From Candidatus Pelearchaeum maunauluense (GTDB lineage: Archaea; Thermoproteota; Nitrososphaeria_A; Caldarchaeales; Caldarchaeaceae): DNA of 64,000 bases. This document shows, in pieces, positions 20,335-30,440 of the stretch. The stretch is taken from NCBI GenBank assembly GCA_030059675.1, contig JANVYQ010000005.1:58372-122371 (forward strand). The letters run 5' to 3'. A program made the translations under genes and the position numbers. Numbering within the stretch: position 1 is the stretch's first letter; every line of letters begins with the position of its first letter. Under the pieces are notes generated by a model, which had not been told where the DNA came from, did not search any database, and worked only from the letters and a program-made list of their open reading frames with translations.

Positions 20335-20994
20335 TTGGCCCCCACAAATCCTAAGGCGATAGTCTTTGACATAGACGGGACGCTCTACCGCTCCCAAGAC
20401 TATGAGCGCCAGCTATATCAGGCAATAGTTAAAGTGTTGAGTGAGATGCTCAACATCACGAAAGAAAACGCTGCGATAATGCTCCAAGACGCTAAGCGGA
20501 AATATAGAACTGTTAGCATAAGCATCGAGGCGTTAGGCTTGGATAGGCATGAATTCTATCAAAGATTAGCCAACAGTGTAGAGCCTGAGAAAACGATAGC
20601 TCCCGACGAATCAACACCACAACTCCTAAGGAAGCTCAAGAATATGGGCTACAAGATTGTTCTGCATACTAACTCAGGCAGACAACTAGCTATGAAGATT
20701 CTTAAAACACTACGCATAGACAATAACCTCTATGACCTGCTAGTTACCAGCGATGAGTATGAGCCTAAGCCCTCGGCTGAGGGTTATCTCGGTATAGTAA
20801 GACAGCTTGGAATACAGCCCAGTGAAATAATATACGTAGGCGATAGGATTGAGGTTGAGCTCCTCCCAGCCAAGAAGCTGGGAATGATTACGGTTCTACT
20901 AGGCAGCAAGCCGCGGTCGCATGAGATTGACTATACCATAAACTCGCTAAACGAGATTCTAGAAGTTTTGAATAAGCTTACACATAAAAACTAG
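20335..20994 (+). CDS. HAD-superfamily hydrolase
   Basis: FDIDGTL, TNS, PKP and YVGDRIEVEL..AKKLGM. Confidence 0.88.
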   Translation: MAPTNPKAIVFDIDGTLYRSQDYERQLYQAIVKVLSEMLNITKENAAIMLQDAKRKYRTVSISIEALGLDRHEFYQRLANSVEPEKTIAPDESTPQLLRKLKNMGYKIVLHTNSGRQLAMKILKTLRIDNNLYDLLVTSDEYEPKPSAEGYLGIVRQLGIQPSEIIYVGDRIEVELLPAKKLGMITVLLGSKPRSHEIDYTINSLNEILEVLNKLTHKN

Positions 20995-21025
20995 TTGCTC
21001 AAACAAGTTGGTGAGGGCTCTAGAC

Positions 21026-22051
21026 ATGGTACTCCGCGTTGGAATAAATGGTATGGGCCGTATAGGGAGGCTCTTCTTCAGAGCAGCTCTACAAGACCCA
21101 GAGTATGGGAAGAGTTTTCGGGTTGTAGCGTATAATGAGCTTGCGGACAACCGTACAACGGCCCATCTGCTAAAGTACGACTCTATACATGGTAGGCTTA
21201 ACAGGCAGGTCTCTTACACTGATAAGGGGATAGTGGTTGACGGTGATGAGCTGGTTGGCTTCAGCGTCCCAGACCCAGCTCAAATACCTTGGAAAGATGT
21301 TGGTGTTGATGTTGTCGTTGAGTCCACGGGTAGGTTTACCAAGAGGGCTGATGCCTCAAAACACCTGGGCGCGGGTGTTAAGAAGGTTCTAATCTCAGCC
21401 CCCTCGCCCGACGCTGATGTTACGATAGTTCCTGGGGTTAATGATAAGATGCTTGACTTGAGCAAGCATGATGTAATTTCAGCCGCCTCGTGCACTACCA
21501 ACTGCCTAGCCCCCATGGTTAAGGTGTTGCTGGATAACTTTGGGATTAAGTGCGGCTTCATGACTACCGTCCATGCATTCACCAACGACCAGCGGCTCCT
21601 TGACCTAGTTCATAAAGACCTAAGACGCGCGCGAGCAGCTACGCAGTCAATTATCCCCACAACAACTGGCGCTGCTTCGGCTCTCCACTTGGTAATACCC
21701 GAGGTGAAGGGGAAGATGCACGGTGTAGCACTTCGCGTCCCTGTTTCAGACGGCTCAATAACAGACCTAACCGCACTACTGGAGCAGGAGGTTACAGTTA
21801 AGGAAGTAAACCAGGCATTCCAAGAAGAGGCTCAGGGAAGGCTGAAGGGAATACTGGAATACACGGAAGAACCTATAGTGTCTGCTGATATAATAGGAAA
21901 CCCGCATTCATGCATCTTTGACGCTCTAAGTACGCTGGTGCTGGGTGAGCGGGGTAGCCTTGTTAAGGTCTTTGGATGGTATGATAATGAGTGGGGATAC
22001 AGTAACAGGCTTGTGGATGTTATTAAGATGATGGTTAAGCAAGGGTTATGA
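21026..22051 (+). CDS. gap: Type I (bacterial/eukaryotic class) glyceraldehyde-3-phosphate dehydrogenase
   Basis: GINGMGRIGR, LLKYDSIHG, ESTGRF, ASCTTNCLAP, IIPTTTGAA and WYDNEWGYSNR; ATG 21026 follows GGTGA. Confidence 0.95.
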   Translation: MVLRVGINGMGRIGRLFFRAALQDPEYGKSFRVVAYNELADNRTTAHLLKYDSIHGRLNRQVSYTDKGIVVDGDELVGFSVPDPAQIPWKDVGVDVVVESTGRFTKRADASKHLGAGVKKVLISAPSPDADVTIVPGVNDKMLDLSKHDVISAASCTTNCLAPMVKVLLDNFGIKCGFMTTVHAFTNDQRLLDLVHKDLRRARAATQSIIPTTTGAASALHLVIPEVKGKMHGVALRVPVSDGSITDLTALLEQEVTVKEVNQAFQEEAQGRLKGILEYTEEPIVSADIIGNPHSCIFDALSTLVLGERGSLVKVFGWYDNEWGYSNRLVDVIKMMVKQGL

Positions 22052-22756
22052 GGATATTCCTAGGTAGAGCTTTGACAGCTCGGCGTGGCCTAGTAGGTCT
22101 TGCGGCCTCCCCTCAAACGCCACCCTGCCGCTGACGAGCAGGTAGGCGTAGTCGCCCATCTCTAAGGCGCGCCTAGCGTTCTGCTCAACCAATAGTATTG
22201 TTATTCCAAGCCTGTCGCGTAGCTCCCTTATCTTAGCCAAAACCTCCATGGCCAGCTTGGGAGCGAGGTTTCCAGTGGGCTCGTCAAACATCATTATCTT
22301 CGGCTTCCTTAAGAGAGCCATGGCCATCGCCACCATCTGCCGCTCACCACCGCTCAAGGTACCGCTCTTCCTATTCATGAAGCCCTTAATCATCGGAAAC
22401 AGCTCCAACACTTCTTCTAGACGCTCCTCCGCCACTCGTTTATTCAGCGTGTAGCTAGCCATCAGGAGATTTTCACGCACGGTAAGGTTGGCGAAGACGT
22501 TATCCGTCTGCGGCAGGTAGGCCACGCCCCTACGCGCTATCTGGTGGGGCATAAGCCCAACAATGTTCTCACCATCAAACTTAATCACGCCAGAGTATAT
22601 CTTCGTCAATCCGAATATACTCTTAAGCAGTGTGCTCTTACCGCTCCCGTTAGGGCCTACTATAACCGTGATGGACTTCTCCCTTACATGCATGTCAGCA
22701 TCGAAGAGAATGTGAAGCCTTCCATACCCTGCGTTTATCTTCTGCACCTCTATCAA
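22046..22756 (-). CDS. livF: Branched-chain amino acid ABC ATPase (LivF)
   Basis: GPNGSGKST, LSGGERQM and LVEQNARRAL. Confidence 0.9.
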   Translation of the reverse strand: MIEVQKINAGYGRLHILFDADMHVREKSITVIVGPNGSGKSTLLKSIFGLTKIYSGVIKFDGENIVGLMPHQIARRGVAYLPQTDNVFANLTVRENLLMASYTLNKRVAEERLEEVLELFPMIKGFMNRKSGTLSGGERQMVAMAMALLRKPKIMMFDEPTGNLAPKLAMEVLAKIRELRDRLGITILLVEQNARRALEMGDYAYLLVSGRVAFEGRPQDLLGHAELSKLYLGISS

Positions 22757-23517
22757 GACACCTCACCTAGATAGGACTCTATCACGCGGGGGTCCGCCAT
22801 GACTATCTCGGGCTTGCCCTCCGCCACAACGCGGCCAGCGGCTAACGCATATACATAATCGGTGTATTTGAGCGCTATCTCCAGCCTATGCTCAACCAGC
22901 AGGAAGGTGACCCCTAGCTTGTCGCGTAGGTTCCGAAGATGCTCGAATATCTCGTGGGCTAGTACGGGGTTTATTCCAGCTATCGGCTCGTCCATGAGTA
23001 TTAGCCTGGCCCCGCTCATGAGGGCTCTACCTATCTCAAGTAGCTTCATCTGGCCGCCGCTCAGCGTGTAGGCGCGTGCGTCCCAGAGATGGTCTAGGCG
23101 GAGGTGTCTGAGTATCTCAAACGCCTTCTCCGCCGCATCCTCCTCGCTACGCTGCCAAAGCCGCTTGAAAGGCGCTCTGAGAAGGCTCTCGCCAGGGTTG
23201 CCGCGATAAGCCGTCATGAGGTTCTCCAACACGGTTAGGCGCTGAAACGGCTCAGGTATCTGGAAAGTCCTAACCATCCCAGCGCGATAAACATTATGCG
23301 GAGGCCATCCAGTTATATCACGTCCATCAAAGATTACACGCCCCCTATCAGGCTTGTAAAAACCAGTAACAACGTTGATGAGCGTGGTCTTACCAGAGCC
23401 GTTAGGCCCTATAAGCATGGTAATGAAACGCTCATTAATAGATATACTAATATTATCTAGTGCTACAAGTCCTCCGAATGTTTTCCTAACATTATATATC
23501 GTCAATATACTCTTCAT
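22753..23517 (-). CDS. livG: Branched-chain amino acid ABC ATPase (LivG)
   Basis: FGGLVAL, GPNGSGKTT, RTFQ, DEPIAG and VIESYLG; ATG 23517 preferred. Confidence 0.9.
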   Translation of the reverse strand: MKSILTIYNVRKTFGGLVALDNISISINERFITMLIGPNGSGKTTLINVVTGFYKPDRGRVIFDGRDITGWPPHNVYRAGMVRTFQIPEPFQRLTVLENLMTAYRGNPGESLLRAPFKRLWQRSEEDAAEKAFEILRHLRLDHLWDARAYTLSGGQMKLLEIGRALMSGARLILMDEPIAGINPVLAHEIFEHLRNLRDKLGVTFLLVEHRLEIALKYTDYVYALAAGRVVAEGKPEIVMADPRVIESYLGEVS

Positions 23518-23552
23518 CAAAAAATTAGTGGATTTGGGGATGGTTTTAAGTT

Positions 23553-24965
23553 TTAAAACCAATTGATAGAATCTGAAGCTGCTACGTAGACGCCTACTCT
23601 ATTCCAACTGAAGTCGCCATCAGTCTTCTGAACCGACCAAAAGTCATAGTCAGCTGTTGCTCTATCGCCTGCCGCGTTCAGTATTATCCATCCTGTGGCC
23701 CCGAAAGTATTCTGAGCCACGATTGGGAGTACGCTTTTAACGGCTTCCGCATCATACTTCCCTACCATCAATATTGCCTCTACGATAACCCAAACCTCGT
23801 CATATGCTGCTAATGCGTATGTATCGGGCTCTCTGCCCAGCTCGGCTTTTACTGCGTCGACAACCTTCTTGAATTTATCGGAACGAGTGGCGGCGAATAT
23901 TGGGTTAATGAATTTTGTCGTTACTGCAAATTCTGCTGCTAGCGGCTCCTTCAGTAGTTCATTAAGCAGTGCTGTTCCGTCGCTACCAAACCATTTAACT
24001 TGTTTTAACGCGTCATAATCACTTGCTTTAACGAATAAATCCACTACTTCGCCGAAAGCTACAACCATAACACCGACCTTGTCAGCACCATACTGGTTTA
24101 TGGCTGATGAGACCTTCTGAGCTAGTAGGTCGACTTCTGCACCAAATCCCTTCTTCTCAACCTCTTCAGGAGCATATCTTATTCCTTCGTCAACTTGTAT
24201 TCCTAGCTTCTTTAGCGCTTCGCTAGATGCCTTCTTCAGTCCATCGCCCCAAGCATCTCCTCTCCAGATAGGAACTACATATTTAACTCCCTCGTTCTCA
24301 ACAACCCTTGCTATTGCCTTACTCTGTATCGTGTCGTCAGGACAGAATCTGAATATGAAGTCATCAGGTATTGCTAGTTCGGGGGCCGTAGAAGACTGGC
24401 TGATAAGTAGTAACTTGTTTGCATCTGCAAATCCTTTTATGTTTCTGATCTCTGCGCTTGTCTGCGGTCCTATGTAGATCCGGATTCCTTTAGCTGACAT
24501 GGATTGTAGCTTAAGAAGTGCGACATCCGGTTTTGTCTCTGTGTCTTCGACGACCAATTTGACCCTTGTTGGTATACCTGCCTGGCTCAGCCATTCGTTT
24601 ACCTCTTTAACAGCTAGCTCTATTGCTACGCGACTGTTCTCACCATAAGAGGCGAGAGATCCAGTGAGTGGTAATAATGCGCCTATTACGATCTCACTTG
24701 GGAGCTGCGCACCGCGCTGTATTACTTGCGTTACAGTGGTTGTTACTGTCACTTCCTTGGTTATTGTTATCGGCTGGGTGGCGGTGGTTGTTACTGTCAC
24801 TTCCTTGGTTATTGTTATCGGCTGAGTGGCGGGTTGTGGGGCTACTAAGAAGCCTATGCCCACGCCCACTACTAACGCAACGACGATTAGTACAGCCGCT
24901 AAAGCTGTTGAAAGACCAACATTAGAGTATATACTACTTTTCATATTCCCCATGCTCCTCCTCAT
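23553..24965 (-). CDS. Liv-type ABC substrate-binding protein with N-terminal TM and duplicated Thr-rich linker
   Basis: IGALLPLTG, EDTETKP, SSTAPEL, FRFCPDD and GATGWI.LN..GDR. Confidence 0.9.
   Translation of the reverse strand: MRRSMGNMKSSIYSNVGLSTALAAVLIVVALVVGVGIGFLVAPQPATQPITITKEVTVTTTATQPITITKEVTVTTTVTQVIQRGAQLPSEIVIGALLPLTGSLASYGENSRVAIELAVKEVNEWLSQAGIPTRVKLVVEDTETKPDVALLKLQSMSAKGIRIYIGPQTSAEIRNIKGFADANKLLLISQSSTAPELAIPDDFIFRFCPDDTIQSKAIARVVENEGVKYVVPIWRGDAWGDGLKKASSEALKKLGIQVDEGIRYAPEEVEKKGFGAEVDLLAQKVSSAINQYGADKVGVMVVAFGEVVDLFVKASDYDALKQVKWFGSDGTALLNELLKEPLAAEFAVTTKFINPIFAATRSDKFKKVVDAVKAELGREPDTYALAAYDEVWVIVEAILMVGKYDAEAVKSVLPIVAQNTFGATGWIILNAAGDRATADYDFWSVQKTDGDFSWNRVGVYVAASDSINWF
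24736..24831. repeat. Tandem direct repeat, 2 x 48 bp (in-frame 16-aa linker duplication)
   Basis: gtggttgttactgtcacttccttggttattgttatcggctg(g/a)gtggcg occurs twice with 1 mismatch and encodes ATQPITITKEVTVTTT x2. Confidence 0.95.
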
Positions 24966-25079
24966 TTTTTAGGTAAGAATGAAGAACTCCGCGATATTAA
25001 ACTATTCTCCAAATCTTTAACTAAGAAACATTCTGTATTTAAGATTTTTATTGTTCAAGTTACGACTAAAATCACCGTT

Positions 25080-26009
25080 ATGGTGCTGGTATTCCCACCA
25101 ATATTCAGAGAAGCTATTATTTTCTCAAGTCTATTAACATTACTGAGTATTGGTCTTACGCTAACTTATATGACGACTCGCGTGCCCAATTTTGCGCATG
25201 GCTCGTTTGCTACTGTAGGGGCGTATATTAGTCTAGTAGCAGTCAGATTAATGAGCGTTTCACCTTACCTATTTCTTCCTATAGCATTCTTGGTTTCTGG
25301 TTTTGTAGCATTGTTACTATATAGGGCTGTTTTAAGACCACTAATGCGGCGTGGAGCTTCTACAATACTGCTTATGGTAGCTACGATAGCTTTTGATATG
25401 CTATTGATAGCTGCACTTAACATCTTTGCAGATTACCTAAGCCGTACTTATAAGATAACGTCACGTTACTTCTCTCTTAAGGCTGCGGACATAAGGGTAG
25501 AGGGTATACCTATGGTATTCTACGTAGCGCCACTTATTGCTGTGGGTCTAATATTAACTCTCTACCTGCTACTAACTAAGACGAAGTTCGGAGTAGCTAT
25601 GCGGGCTGCAATTGAAAACCCATCACTAGCTGGAGTTGTGGGTATAAACATAGACTTGGTCTATACTATTTCTTGGATACTTGCTGGAGGTCTTGCTGGT
25701 ATAGCTGGTCTTTTAATGTCATTATGGTTCATAGGAAACCCAGATCTCGGGACTCTTATTCTTGTCAGCATATTCTCCGCAAGTATTGTGGGTGGACTGC
25801 TTAATATCTACGGGGCTATACTAGGCGGCTTCCTAGTTGGTTTCGCAGAGGTTATAGTAACATCACGTCTAGCCAGCGTATTGGGTGTATGGGTAGTTCC
25901 CTTTAGACCTGTTATACCACTTCTCATAATGGTCATAGCGCTCCTCACGATACCTGGAGGCCTGAGCAGCATAAGGTGGTCGTCAATAGCCAAGCTATGG
26001 AGGAGGTGA
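25080..26009 (+). CDS. livH: Branched-chain amino acid ABC permease (LivH-like)
   Basis: GLTLTY....PNFAHG and TKFGVAMRAAIENPSLA..VGIN. Confidence 0.9.
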   Translation: MVLVFPPIFREAIIFSSLLTLLSIGLTLTYMTTRVPNFAHGSFATVGAYISLVAVRLMSVSPYLFLPIAFLVSGFVALLLYRAVLRPLMRRGASTILLMVATIAFDMLLIAALNIFADYLSRTYKITSRYFSLKAADIRVEGIPMVFYVAPLIAVGLILTLYLLLTKTKFGVAMRAAIENPSLAGVVGINIDLVYTISWILAGGLAGIAGLLMSLWFIGNPDLGTLILVSIFSASIVGGLLNIYGAILGGFLVGFAEVIVTSRLASVLGVWVVPFRPVIPLLIMVIALLTIPGGLSSIRWSSIAKLWRR

Positions 26010-26018
26010 CATGCTCGC

Positions 26019-27080
26019 TTGGTGCTTCCGCAAGAGGCTGTAATACTCCTTACAAGCATACTGGCTTGGTTTGGACTCTACCTAATCGTGAACCTAAGCC
26101 TGAATCTTGAGTTTGGGTATACGGGTATACCGAATTTTGGGAAACTGCTTGTCGTTGCGGCTGGCGCTTATGTGGCAGGATACCTCCCTGGCAGGCTCAT
26201 GGTCGGCATGGCCAACGTAGACCCGTCGCTGGACTACATAGCTGATAACGCCGTGATAGTTACGCAGATAAACAGCTTCCTCAACCAGAACCCACATATC
26301 TCACTCTCGCTACTGTTCCTAACTCTCATCGTGGCAACTGGAATAGGCGCAGGCCTGGGCTTCATAGCCTCATATCCAGCGATTAGGCTGAGAGAGGAAT
26401 ACCTAGCTATGACGCTCCTAGCTATGGCTGAGGTCATAAGGGTAATAGGCTATAACTATAAGCCGCTCATAGGCGGGACGCTAGGGGTGCAGGTGCCAGA
26501 CCCCCTCGCGTTCGTGCCAGGTGAGCTGAGATTCAGCATGATGAGCCTCGTTATACTAGCCATAGCTGGGTTTATCTTCCTATACGTCGAGCGTCTCGTA
26601 AGGTCTCCGTTGGGCAGGGTATTGAGGGCTGTGCGGGATAGTGAGGCGGCGGCAGAGACATTGGGTAAGGATATTGTCAGGATAAGGACGAAGATACTCG
26701 TTGTGAGCTCCGCCATAGGCGCTGTGGGAGGAGCTATGCACGCCCTATACACCAGCGGTGTAATCTCCCTAACCTATGATAGGGTTTCATGGACTTTCTG
26801 GCCTTGGGTCATGGTCTTGATGGGGGGCATGGCCAACAACGTAGGCGTGATGCTGGGAACACTAATCTTCGTAGCCTTACGACAGCTCATCACATTCTAT
26901 AAAGGCGTCCTAGAGCCAATCTTACCCTTCAACGTAATCTGGCTAGACTACATACTCCTAGGCTCAACGCTCATAATAATACTGATGTACCGCCCTGAGG
27001 GGGTTCTGCCCGAAAAAGCTACGCGCACGCTGGATTTCAAGAAGCTCTGGGCTAGGCTTAACGGCAGACGCTCCGCCTAA
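26019..27080 (+). CDS. livM: Branched-chain amino acid ABC permease (LivM-like)
   Basis: LNLEFGYTGIPNFG, RLREEYLAM, SPLGRVLRAVRDSE.AA..LG and YRPEG. Confidence 0.9.
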   Translation: MVLPQEAVILLTSILAWFGLYLIVNLSLNLEFGYTGIPNFGKLLVVAAGAYVAGYLPGRLMVGMANVDPSLDYIADNAVIVTQINSFLNQNPHISLSLLFLTLIVATGIGAGLGFIASYPAIRLREEYLAMTLLAMAEVIRVIGYNYKPLIGGTLGVQVPDPLAFVPGELRFSMMSLVILAIAGFIFLYVERLVRSPLGRVLRAVRDSEAAAETLGKDIVRIRTKILVVSSAIGAVGGAMHALYTSGVISLTYDRVSWTFWPWVMVLMGGMANNVGVMLGTLIFVALRQLITFYKGVLEPILPFNVIWLDYILLGSTLIIILMYRPEGVLPEKATRTLDFKKLWARLNGRRSA

Positions 27081-27147
27081 CCGTTAATTGTGGGCTAGAG
27101 TACGATATAATTCTTGGTCTAGTGTTTTCTTTTCTTAGTGTAGAGGA

Positions 27148-29217
27148 ATGGCTGGCCGCGAGCTTGCACGCGAGGTAGAGGCGGCGCTACGCAATACACG
27201 GCAGGCCGCTACGCTCATGGCTTCTCTATCAAGAATGCGCGATAAACGCAGAGAGAGGATGAGGGAGATACCGCTGGAGGAGCTGGAGAAGTTGAAAGAG
27301 ATGCGACGACGAAACCTGAAAAATCTCTCTGATAATCTAAAGCTTCTCAAAGACCGTATAGAATCTCTAGGTGGAAAGCTTTACATAGCGAAAGACCATG
27401 CCGCAGCTTGTAAATATGTAGCCGACGTAATAGCGAGAAATAACGCTAAGATTGTTGTCAAATCCAAGTCCCTTACTAGTGAGGAGATTAGGCTTAATGA
27501 GTGGCTTGAGCGGCTTGGTGTTGAGGTCGTAGAGACAGACCTGGGTGAACGCATAGTCCAGCTAGCTGGTGAGAGGCCGTCACACCTGCTCGCGCCAGCG
27601 GTGCATAAGGACGCCGCGAGTGTTGCCGAGATATTTGCGGCAGGGCTAAAGCCTGAAGCAGAAGCAATAACCCAGCATGTAAGAAGCGAGCTGCGCAGTA
27701 AGTTCCTTGGCGCAGACGTTGGGATAACGGGAGCAAATGTAATAGCGGCAGAAGAGGGAGCGATATTCGTAGTAACCAATGAGGGGAATGAGCGCTTCGT
27801 AACGTCCATCCCGCGCGTGTATATCTGCATAGCTGGCGTAGAAAAGGTCGTCTCAAACCTAGCAGACGCATTGCATACGTTAAGCATCTTAATACCAAGC
27901 GCTACTGGGCAGAGAGTATCTAGCTACATCACGGTCATAGGGCTGGGGCCCGAGAATGCCGGGCGGTGGGATGAGTTTCATATCGTCTTGATTGATAATA
28001 GCCGCTTCGCGGCTCTTGGTGATAAGACATTATCCGAGGCGCTTGAGTGTATCAGGTGTGCTGCTTGCTTCAACGTCTGCCCCACTTATAGAATAGTAGG
28101 CGGCCATGTATTCGGCCATATATACACAGGCCCCATAGGGCTGCCATGGACTGCGATAACACATGGCGAGGCTGCTGCATATTCGTTTTCCAGCCTCTGC
28201 GTAGGCTGTGGCTTGTGTAAGCTTGAGTGTCCAGTGGAGATAGATATTCCTTTCCTAATCTCAAGCATCAAAGAAAGAGGGAATGGGTTGTATGGTGAGG
28301 CTGCGCCATGGCTTCTCCGCAACTATGACACACTCATCAAGCTAGGCTCCCACATACCGCGCGTTGCCAACCTCTTCATGCAAAGCAGGCTTGGTAGGAA
28401 GATACTTGAGCGGCTCGCGGGGATAGATAGGCGAAGACAGCTTCCACGCATAGCTTCTAAGAGCTTTAGGAAGCTGGTAAGAGAGGAATCCAAAGAGGAA
28501 GCGGAGAAGCGTGCCGCGCTATTTACCGACGCTATGATTATGTATATGTTCCCTGAGATTGGTGTTGATGCGGTGGATATTCTCAAAAGATTCGGCGTCG
28601 GCCTGGTTGTCCCACGACAGTTGAGCAGCGGCATGCCCCTCATACAGTATGGCTACCTGAAGCAGGCTAGGGAGATAGCTAGGAAGAACGTCAGCTACCT
28701 GTTGGAGCACGTTAGGGCTGGGTGTGATGTTGTCTGTCTAGAGCCTACCGCCGCTTACTGCATTAAGGAGGTGTATCCACGTCTCATAGATGATGAAAGT
28801 GCAGGAGAGCTTGCCGCCCATACCTATGGATTCCCAGAATACCTAGCCTCGCTACTACGTGACGCTGGTATTAGCCTTGATAAGGGTATGCGTGTGGCGT
28901 ATCACTGGCCCTGCCACGCTAGGGAGCGTGGTGCGCAGCCAGCCATGGCTAAGCTCTTATCCATGCTGGGTATTGAGGTTAGCTTTGTTGATGAAGGCTG
29001 CTGCGGCATGGCTGGAACATGGGGCATGAGAAGAGGGTACATAGGCTATGAGCTGAGCCGCTCAATAGGTGAGAAAGTCGTACAATCACTTGAAGCAACG
29101 GAAGCGGATACCATAATAACGGAGAGTACCATCTGCATGCTCCAGTTTCGTGAACTCTCACGTCTGAGAGTTATCCATGCAATACCATTCCTGAAGAGCG
29201 TTCTGGAGGGTGGATAG
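27148..29217 (+). CDS. Lactate-utilization LutB/LldF (LUD + 2x[4Fe-4S]) fused to a CCG-domain (LutA/GlcF-like) module
   Basis: KSKSLTSEE, ETDLGE, TNEGN, CIRCAACFNVCP, CVGCGLCKLECP, HWPCH and GCCGMAG. Confidence 0.88.
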   Translation: MAGRELAREVEAALRNTRQAATLMASLSRMRDKRRERMREIPLEELEKLKEMRRRNLKNLSDNLKLLKDRIESLGGKLYIAKDHAAACKYVADVIARNNAKIVVKSKSLTSEEIRLNEWLERLGVEVVETDLGERIVQLAGERPSHLLAPAVHKDAASVAEIFAAGLKPEAEAITQHVRSELRSKFLGADVGITGANVIAAEEGAIFVVTNEGNERFVTSIPRVYICIAGVEKVVSNLADALHTLSILIPSATGQRVSSYITVIGLGPENAGRWDEFHIVLIDNSRFAALGDKTLSEALECIRCAACFNVCPTYRIVGGHVFGHIYTGPIGLPWTAITHGEAAAYSFSSLCVGCGLCKLECPVEIDIPFLISSIKERGNGLYGEAAPWLLRNYDTLIKLGSHIPRVANLFMQSRLGRKILERLAGIDRRRQLPRIASKSFRKLVREESKEEAEKRAALFTDAMIMYMFPEIGVDAVDILKRFGVGLVVPRQLSSGMPLIQYGYLKQAREIARKNVSYLLEHVRAGCDVVCLEPTAAYCIKEVYPRLIDDESAGELAAHTYGFPEYLASLLRDAGISLDKGMRVAYHWPCHARERGAQPAMAKLLSMLGIEVSFVDEGCCGMAGTWGMRRGYIGYELSRSIGEKVVQSLEATEADTIITESTICMLQFRELSRLRVIHAIPFLKSVLEGG

Positions 29218-29757
29218 GTGTTGGGATACCGTTATGGGCGGGGCGATAGTGGGGAGACAGACCTCATGGGAGGCGGTAGGGTGAAGAAGAGCCACCCCAG
29301 AGTAGCAGCGTATGGCGCGGTAGACGAGCTCTCCGCAGCTATTGGAGTCGTAAAAACATTCGTAGAGCATCAAGACATCCAAGAAGTACTCACACGAGTT
29401 CAAGAGCATCTCTTCATGATTGGCGCCAATCTCTCCACCACACGGCCCATCAAGGGGCTTCCAGAAGTAGGACGCGAGCTAGTAGACTGGCTTGACAGCC
29501 AAGTTACGCGCTTCGAGTCTGAGCTTCCGCCGATTCAACGGTTCATATTCGCAGGTGGCACTAGGGCGGCTGCGCTTGCGCATCTAGCTAGAACAATAGC
29601 TAGGAGGGCAGAACGTGAGGTCGTGGCACTAGCAGCGGTTGAGGATGTGAGCCAGACGGTAATAGCCTATCTTAACCGTCTCTCAACGCTGCTCTTCGCG
29701 GTAGCGCGCGTCATAAACCATAGAGCAGGTGTCCCTGACCCGGAGTGGCAGCGCTAG
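29218..29757 (+). CDS. pduO: PduO-type ATP:cob(I)alamin adenosyltransferase
   Basis: GDSGETDL, AYGAVDELS, RTIARRAER and YLNRLS. Confidence 0.9.
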   Translation: MLGYRYGRGDSGETDLMGGGRVKKSHPRVAAYGAVDELSAAIGVVKTFVEHQDIQEVLTRVQEHLFMIGANLSTTRPIKGLPEVGRELVDWLDSQVTRFESELPPIQRFIFAGGTRAAALAHLARTIARRAEREVVALAAVEDVSQTVIAYLNRLSTLLFAVARVINHRAGVPDPEWQR

Positions 29758-30440
29758 GAGCTTGCTCTGCCCTTTGACTGTTTCTTGGCCTCTTTCTCCA
29801 GCCAATCAACCATGATTTCACAAGCGTATGTTAGTGGTAGGGGTTTGAGGTATCTTGTGGCGTTGGAGCTGTGCGATACGTTGACTGCTGGTGGTGTGAG
29901 GTCTCGTTTATCAACGGCCCAGACTTGGAATAGTAGCTTAACTTTTGGGAGGAAGAGGAAGGAGAAGCTACGGCCACCTAAGAGTTCCCGTTTTCCGCCT
30001 AATGCGCGCGCAGACGCCTCAAAGAGCTCCGAATCGTGGCCGAAGAGCCTAGTCATGGGACGTATGACAGTCTTCTGGAAATATGTAGAGAGTTCCTGCG
30101 CCGTTATGGTCTTACTCATGGGAACCCATGAATCCGACAGGGAGGTTCCATCCCCTGTTGCGAGATACTCGGCTATTACGTAGGCAAGCTTATCATGAAC
30201 CTGTTTTCCCGTGATTAAATCCACAACCTCCCTGCTTGCAAGCTCTACCGTGAAGGTTTTGTTAAGTAAATTCACTATGAAACGACCACCATCCTTCTTC
30301 TCGTGTGGATTTAGAAAAACGACCCCACATTTCTTGGCTACCTCCTCAGGCTTTAGCTGGCTCAGTTTTTCAAGTGATTGTTTGAGCCAGGTTGCTAGCT
30401 CGCTATCACTTCTAGCTGGGGTATCAGGCCGCCGCGACAT
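29754..30440 (-). CDS. Conserved hypothetical protein, DUF3786-like
   Basis: Pattern 'YL..G.G.....WVP', 'A..ALGG' and 'F..LPKV.L....W..D....P' resembles DUF3786. Confidence 0.6.
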   Translation of the reverse strand: MSRRPDTPARSDSELATWLKQSLEKLSQLKPEEVAKKCGVVFLNPHEKKDGGRFIVNLLNKTFTVELASREVVDLITGKQVHDKLAYVIAEYLATGDGTSLSDSWVPMSKTITAQELSTYFQKTVIRPMTRLFGHDSELFEASARALGGKRELLGGRSFSFLFLPKVKLLFQVWAVDKRDLTPPAVNVSHSSNATRYLKPLPLTYACEIMVDWLEKEAKKQSKGRASS

